DNA of 32,000 nucleotides from Nostoc sp. FACHB-110 (GTDB lineage Bacteria; Cyanobacteriota; Cyanobacteriia; Cyanobacteriales; Nostocaceae): NCBI RefSeq assembly GCF_014697425.1, contig NZ_JACJRU010000042.1, positions 36,693 to 68,692 of the forward strand, read 5' to 3'. Shown piece by piece: positions 28,768 to 32,000 of this stretch (position 1 is its first letter; each line of letters starts with the position of its first letter). The notes under the pieces were generated by a model. It saw only the letters and a program-made list of their open reading frames with translations, ran no database searches and was not told where the DNA came from. The position numbers and the translations under genes were made by a program.

Positions 28768-29340
28768 ATGCAGGATTTAATGAAACAATTAGGAATTTGG
28801 CTGAGTATAAGTATTTTAGTTTTGGGTTTGGGGAGTTGCGATCGCCTTTTTCCTCCTTCCGGCGATTTGGTGGAGAGAGTCAGCGATGGTGATACCTTAG
28901 CGGTTAAGGATGCTCAAGGTAATAAAATCAATGTGCGCTTTGCTTGCATCGATGCGCCAGAAGTACCCCACTCTAAAAAAGAAAGAGAAAGTCAACGCAG
29001 TACTGATCTCAATCAATTCAGTTGGGGTGCAAAAGCACAAGAACGTTTGCAGCAATTAGTCCAAAAATCAGGCGATCGCGTTACCTTGAATATTACAGAT
29101 AGCGATCGCTACGGCAGAAAGGTAGCAGAAGTTCGTTTAAAAGATGGGACTTTGGTACAGGAAGTTTTATTGCGCGAAGGTTTAGCTAAGGTTTATCGTC
29201 CTTATTTAAATAAATGCCCTAGTAAAGAATTAGTGCAGCAAGCCGAAGCACAAGCGCAGCAGCAAAAGCTTGGGGTTTGGGGTGATGCCAAGTTTACCAA
29301 CCCTTGGGAATATCGGAGTGTTAATAAAAGAAACTTATAG
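28768..29340 (+). CDS. thermonuclease (staphylococcal nuclease, SNase) family lipoprotein
   Basis: Lipobox LGLGSC. SNase core VSDGDTL...VRFACIDAPE...DRYGRKVAEV...LLREGLAKVY. Confidence 0.85.
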   Translation: MQDLMKQLGIWLSISILVLGLGSCDRLFPPSGDLVERVSDGDTLAVKDAQGNKINVRFACIDAPEVPHSKKERESQRSTDLNQFSWGAKAQERLQQLVQKSGDRVTLNITDSDRYGRKVAEVRLKDGTLVQEVLLREGLAKVYRPYLNKCPSKELVQQAEAQAQQQKLGVWGDAKFTNPWEYRSVNKRNL

Positions 29341-29346
29341 TTTAAG

Positions 29347-29657
29347 CATCAAGTCTCATTCACGAGTGTCAAAGGCTCATCTGTGAGTGTCAAAGACTTA
29401 TCTGTGAGCATCAGAGGCTCATCCGCGAGTGTCAAAGGCTCATTCACGAGTGTCAAAGGCTCATCCGCGAGTGTCAAAGGCTCATCCGTGAGTGTCAAAG
29501 GCTCATCCGCGAGTGTCAAAGGCTCATTCACGAGTGTCAAAGGCTCATCCGCGAGTGTCAAAGGCTCATCCGTGAGTGTCAAAGGCTCATCCGCGAGTAT
29601 AAAAGGCTCATCCGCGAGTGTCAAAGGCTCATCCGTGAGTATCAAAGCTTCAGGAAT
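29347..29657. repeat. 21-bp tandem repeat array (~14.5 units) with exact 84-bp higher-order duplication
   Basis: Consensus unit gagtgtcaaaggctcatccgc. 29427-29510 is identical to 29511-29594. The array is open in one minus frame ((A/T/V)(D/N)EPLTL heptads) and in more than one plus frame. The track ORFs start at TTG (29687, -) and GTG (29383, +). Confidence 0.95.
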
Positions 29658-29827
29658 GGAAGTAAAAAACTCATTCAGGAAGTTCAAAACCTCAACCGCA
29701 TCGCATCTTGTTAAAAAACTGTTTCTATATTCTGGCTGAGAATCAGAAATATAGTGATTGACGGCAAAAAACTGTTGTCCTACTAAGCCTTTACTGTTGC
29801 CTTCCTAAGTTTACTGAGGAAATTCAC

Positions 29828-29833
29828 TATAAT
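29828..29833 (+). promoter_or_regulatory. candidate -10 box (TATAAT) for the effector/NLR gene pair
   Basis: Perfect TATAAT 34 nt upstream of the ATG at 29867, with no convincing -35. Confidence 0.25.
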
Positions 29834-29866
29834 TACTTGTAATCGTCTAATATCGTACCCAATTAT

Positions 29867-30322
29867 ATGGAACCAATTACCGTAGGTGCGATCGCGCTTT
29901 TAGCTTTAATAGGTAATAAATTTGTTGATTGGTCAACAGAAAAAGCTTTGGATGCAATTTATGACCAAGCCAAGCAAGTAATTCATGATAAATCACCCGC
30001 AACAGCCGCAGCGTTAGAAACCGCAGCCACACAAGCAGCTTTACCGCCAGGAGAGCGAGAATATATTGGTGAAGCTGTATTAGTAGAAGAAGTCAAAAAA
30101 GCAGCAGAGGCATATCCAGAAATTCAAGAAGCCGTCGAAGCATTAGGTAATCAAGTTAACACGGCTGCACAAGCTAACCCTGAACTGAAGAAGGCTCTTG
30201 CCGAGTTAACCGCAGCTATTAAAGAGCAAAGTTCTACAACCTTGGTAAAACCACAAGGTATTATCACTACGGGTGGTGAGACTAAAGTCAAGGGTTCCAC
30301 ATTCAACTTTGGCAGTAAATGA
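29867..30322 (+). CDS. small helical protein with hydrophobic N-terminal helix and C-terminal 22-aa motif shared with the downstream NLR (Bell/HeLo-like effector candidate)
   Basis: MEPITVGAIALLALIGNKF..., an Ala/Glu-rich body, and the C-terminus QGIITTGGETKVKGSTFNFGSK. ATGA overlap with the next gene. Confidence 0.8.
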   Translation: MEPITVGAIALLALIGNKFVDWSTEKALDAIYDQAKQVIHDKSPATAAALETAATQAALPPGEREYIGEAVLVEEVKKAAEAYPEIQEAVEALGNQVNTAAQANPELKKALAELTAAIKEQSSTTLVKPQGIITTGGETKVKGSTFNFGSK

Positions 30323-31905
30323 CCGATAACAACCTGCAAGGAATAATCACTCAGGGTGGAAAGGTTATTGTTAAAGATTCAACATTTAATTTTGGGTCAT
30401 CACAACAGACTTCTCCACCGAATATTCCCAATAATTTAATTCGCAAAGGCGCAGTTAACTTTGTTGGGCGAGAAAATGAACTCGCCAACATCCATCACCA
30501 ATTGCAGCAGTCGGGTAAAGTGGCAATTTCGGCGGTGGCTGGGATGGGTGGTGTCGGTAAAACGGAATTAGCAACCCAGTATGCACTAAAACATGAAGCT
30601 GATTATCCTGGCGGTATCTGCTGGCTGAATGGGAGAGAATCAGAGTTAGCCGCTAGTATTGTGCAATTTTATGGGTTGTACATCGCTCAAGAAATACTAC
30701 AAGAATTAGGCGGAAAACTGCTGAACCCCCAAGAACAAGCGCGGTGGTGTTGGCAACATTGGCAACCATCTGAGGGTTTGGTGTTAGTAGTTTTCGATGA
30801 TGTCACTAATTTAGAGCATCTGCAAGAAATACAGCCGCCAGCGAACCGCTTTCGCGTACTCATCACCACCCGTTTACGCAACCTCAACCCCAATTTTGTA
30901 CGGGAAATTTCTTTAGATGTACTCCCAGAAAATAAAGCGTTAGAACTGCTAACAGCTTTTGTAGGTGAAAAGCGAATACAACGGGAAGAAACAGCCGCTA
31001 AACAACTATGTCAATGGCTGGGATATTTACCCTTGGGGTTGGAATTAGTCGGACAGTATTTAGCCGAAGATCCAGATTTATCTTTAGCAGAAATGCTTGA
31101 AAGGCTGGAGGTGCAACGACTAGAGGATGAAGCCCTGGAACGGAGACAGGCAACTCTGAGTGCAGCACAGCTAGGAGTAAAAGCCGCCTTTGAATTAAGC
31201 TGGCGAGAACTTGGTGAAAAAACCCAGCTTGTAGGTGCGTTATTGAGTTTGTTTGCCCCTGATGTCATTCCTTGGCAATTGGTAGAATCTACCAGTGAAT
31301 TGTTAAATTGGGCAGAGGCAGATGTTAACGAAGCCAAAAAGCAACTTTACAAGCGTCATCTCATTCAAAGATTAGAAGATAAAAACGCTTGCTATCAAAT
31401 TCATCCGTTAATTCGGGAGTTTCTCAAAGGGAAATTAGGGAAAATTAATACTTTTACAGGCACAGAGGAGTTAGGGGTTGAGTTCAAACAAGTTTTTGTA
31501 GCGGCAATAATAGCAAAAGTAAAAGAAATTCCTCAAGCTATCACTTTAGAATTTATCGCCTCAGTGCAGGATACTATTCCTCATCTTCAAGAAGTTGCTG
31601 AAAATTTAATTGATGTGGTGAGGGATGAAGATTTAATCTGGGTGTTTGTTGGTTTGGGTAAATTTTATGAAGGGCAAGGTTTGTATGTGTTAGCAGAACC
31701 TTGGTATGTGCAGTGTTTATCGGCAATAAAAACCCGTTTGGGAGAAGAACATCCTTACGTTGCCACCAGCCTGAACAACTTGGCATTACTCTATAATTCC
31801 CAAGGAAGATACAGCGAAGCCGAACCCTTGTTGCTCCAAGCTTTAGAAATGAGAAAACGCCTGCTGGGAGAAGAACATCCCGACGTTGCCCTTATACCAA
31901 TTTAA
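30319..31905 (+). CDS. NB-ARC (STAND) NTPase with N-terminal short motif and C-terminal TPR repeats; probably 3'-truncated
   Basis: N-terminus LQGIITQGGKVIVKDSTFNFGSS. P-loop GMGGVGKT (30541-30564), LVLVVFDDV, RVLITTR, GYLPLGLEL, IHPL. TPR_12-like EEHPYVATSLNNLALLYNSQGRYSEAEPLLLQALEMRKRLLGEEHPDVA, then off-consensus LIPI-stop. Confidence 0.9.
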   Translation: MTDNNLQGIITQGGKVIVKDSTFNFGSSQQTSPPNIPNNLIRKGAVNFVGRENELANIHHQLQQSGKVAISAVAGMGGVGKTELATQYALKHEADYPGGICWLNGRESELAASIVQFYGLYIAQEILQELGGKLLNPQEQARWCWQHWQPSEGLVLVVFDDVTNLEHLQEIQPPANRFRVLITTRLRNLNPNFVREISLDVLPENKALELLTAFVGEKRIQREETAAKQLCQWLGYLPLGLELVGQYLAEDPDLSLAEMLERLEVQRLEDEALERRQATLSAAQLGVKAAFELSWRELGEKTQLVGALLSLFAPDVIPWQLVESTSELLNWAEADVNEAKKQLYKRHLIQRLEDKNACYQIHPLIREFLKGKLGKINTFTGTEELGVEFKQVFVAAIIAKVKEIPQAITLEFIASVQDTIPHLQEVAENLIDVVRDEDLIWVFVGLGKFYEGQGLYVLAEPWYVQCLSAIKTRLGEEHPYVATSLNNLALLYNSQGRYSEAEPLLLQALEMRKRLLGEEHPDVALIPI

Positions 31906-32000
31906 TATGAAGCTGCATAGAATAGAGCTTCCAGGATAAAGTTATAAGAAGACACAGAAATTACCTGCTCAAATGTGAGTTGGTCAAAGATTTCTTGGAT
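31902..32000 (-). CDS. 3' end of an unidentified ORF entering from the right window edge
   Basis: The minus frame is open from 32000 to the stop at 31902-31904 (...IQEIFDQLTFEQVISVSSYNFILEALFYAASY). It begins 12 nt beyond the point where the NLR loses its TPR consensus. Identity unknown. Confidence 0.25.
   Translation of the reverse strand: MQEIFDQLTFEQVISVSSYNFILEALFYAASY

Noticed and set aside
29347-29657. Possible CRISPR array
   Set aside because: The units are contiguous 21-mers with no unique spacers between them, and no cas genes are present. It is a tandem minisatellite, not a CRISPR array.
29383-29739. 118-aa plus-strand ORF (SVKGSSA repeats) inside the 21-bp array
   Set aside because: It is open only because the repeat unit lacks stops in several frames. 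It has a GTG start and no non-repeat domain. The minus-strand EPLTL ORF is kept as an open question in the findings and is not called as a CDS.
30151-31786. Minus-strand ORFs inside the effector and NLR genes (30151-30339, 30687-30893, 31011-31337, 31574-31786)
   Set aside because: They are antisense to genes with canonical NB-ARC motifs, and their Ser/Cys/Arg-rich composition is typical of mirror frames.

Overview
This is a chromosomal segment from a filamentous, Nostoc/Anabaena-type cyanobacterium. The evidence is dense HIP1 GCGATCGC sites, STRR heptamers (AGTGCTG) at gene ends, an xisH/xisI pair, and psbK and psbM. All calls come from reading the translations and the DNA; no database search was possible.

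Positions 1-23.8 kb are mostly housekeeping. They hold a partial exbD, an O-methyltransferase, and a seven-gene co-directional respiratory cluster: 2x DUF2231, coxB/A/C of the CuA-less ARTO quinol-oxidase type, a small TM protein and a type-2 NADH dehydrogenase. Further genes are a MEKHLA protein, a phytol-kinase-like protein, an SDR, miaE, a VOC protein, a GNAT, comF, cobS, tgt, a 2Fe-2S protein and a tandem USP. psbK and psbM are real genes that are missing from the ORF track. A small accessory patch at 15.9-17.2 kb holds xisI, xisH, an orphan N-terminally disrupted higA and a truncated gene fragment.

Positions 24.3-32 kb look like an accessory/conflict region. It holds an exported TPR-CHAT caspase-like protein, a secreted unknown protein, an SNase-type lipoprotein nuclease and a 21-bp tandem array with an exact 84-bp higher-order duplication.

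The most interesting feature is a translationally coupled gene pair at the right end. A 151-aa helical protein with a hydrophobic N-terminal helix ends in a 22-aa motif (QGIITTGGETKVKGSTFNFGSK). That motif is repeated at the N-terminus of the adjacent NB-ARC/TPR STAND NTPase (QGIITQGGKVIVKDSTFNFGSS). This is the architecture of amyloid-signalling NLR/effector (Bell/BASS-like, HET-S/NWD2-like) cell-death modules. The NLR appears truncated inside a TPR repeat at about 31890.

Two inverted copies of a roughly 110-nt TIR-bearing repeat bracket the respiratory cluster. No tRNA, rRNA or CRISPR array was recognised.
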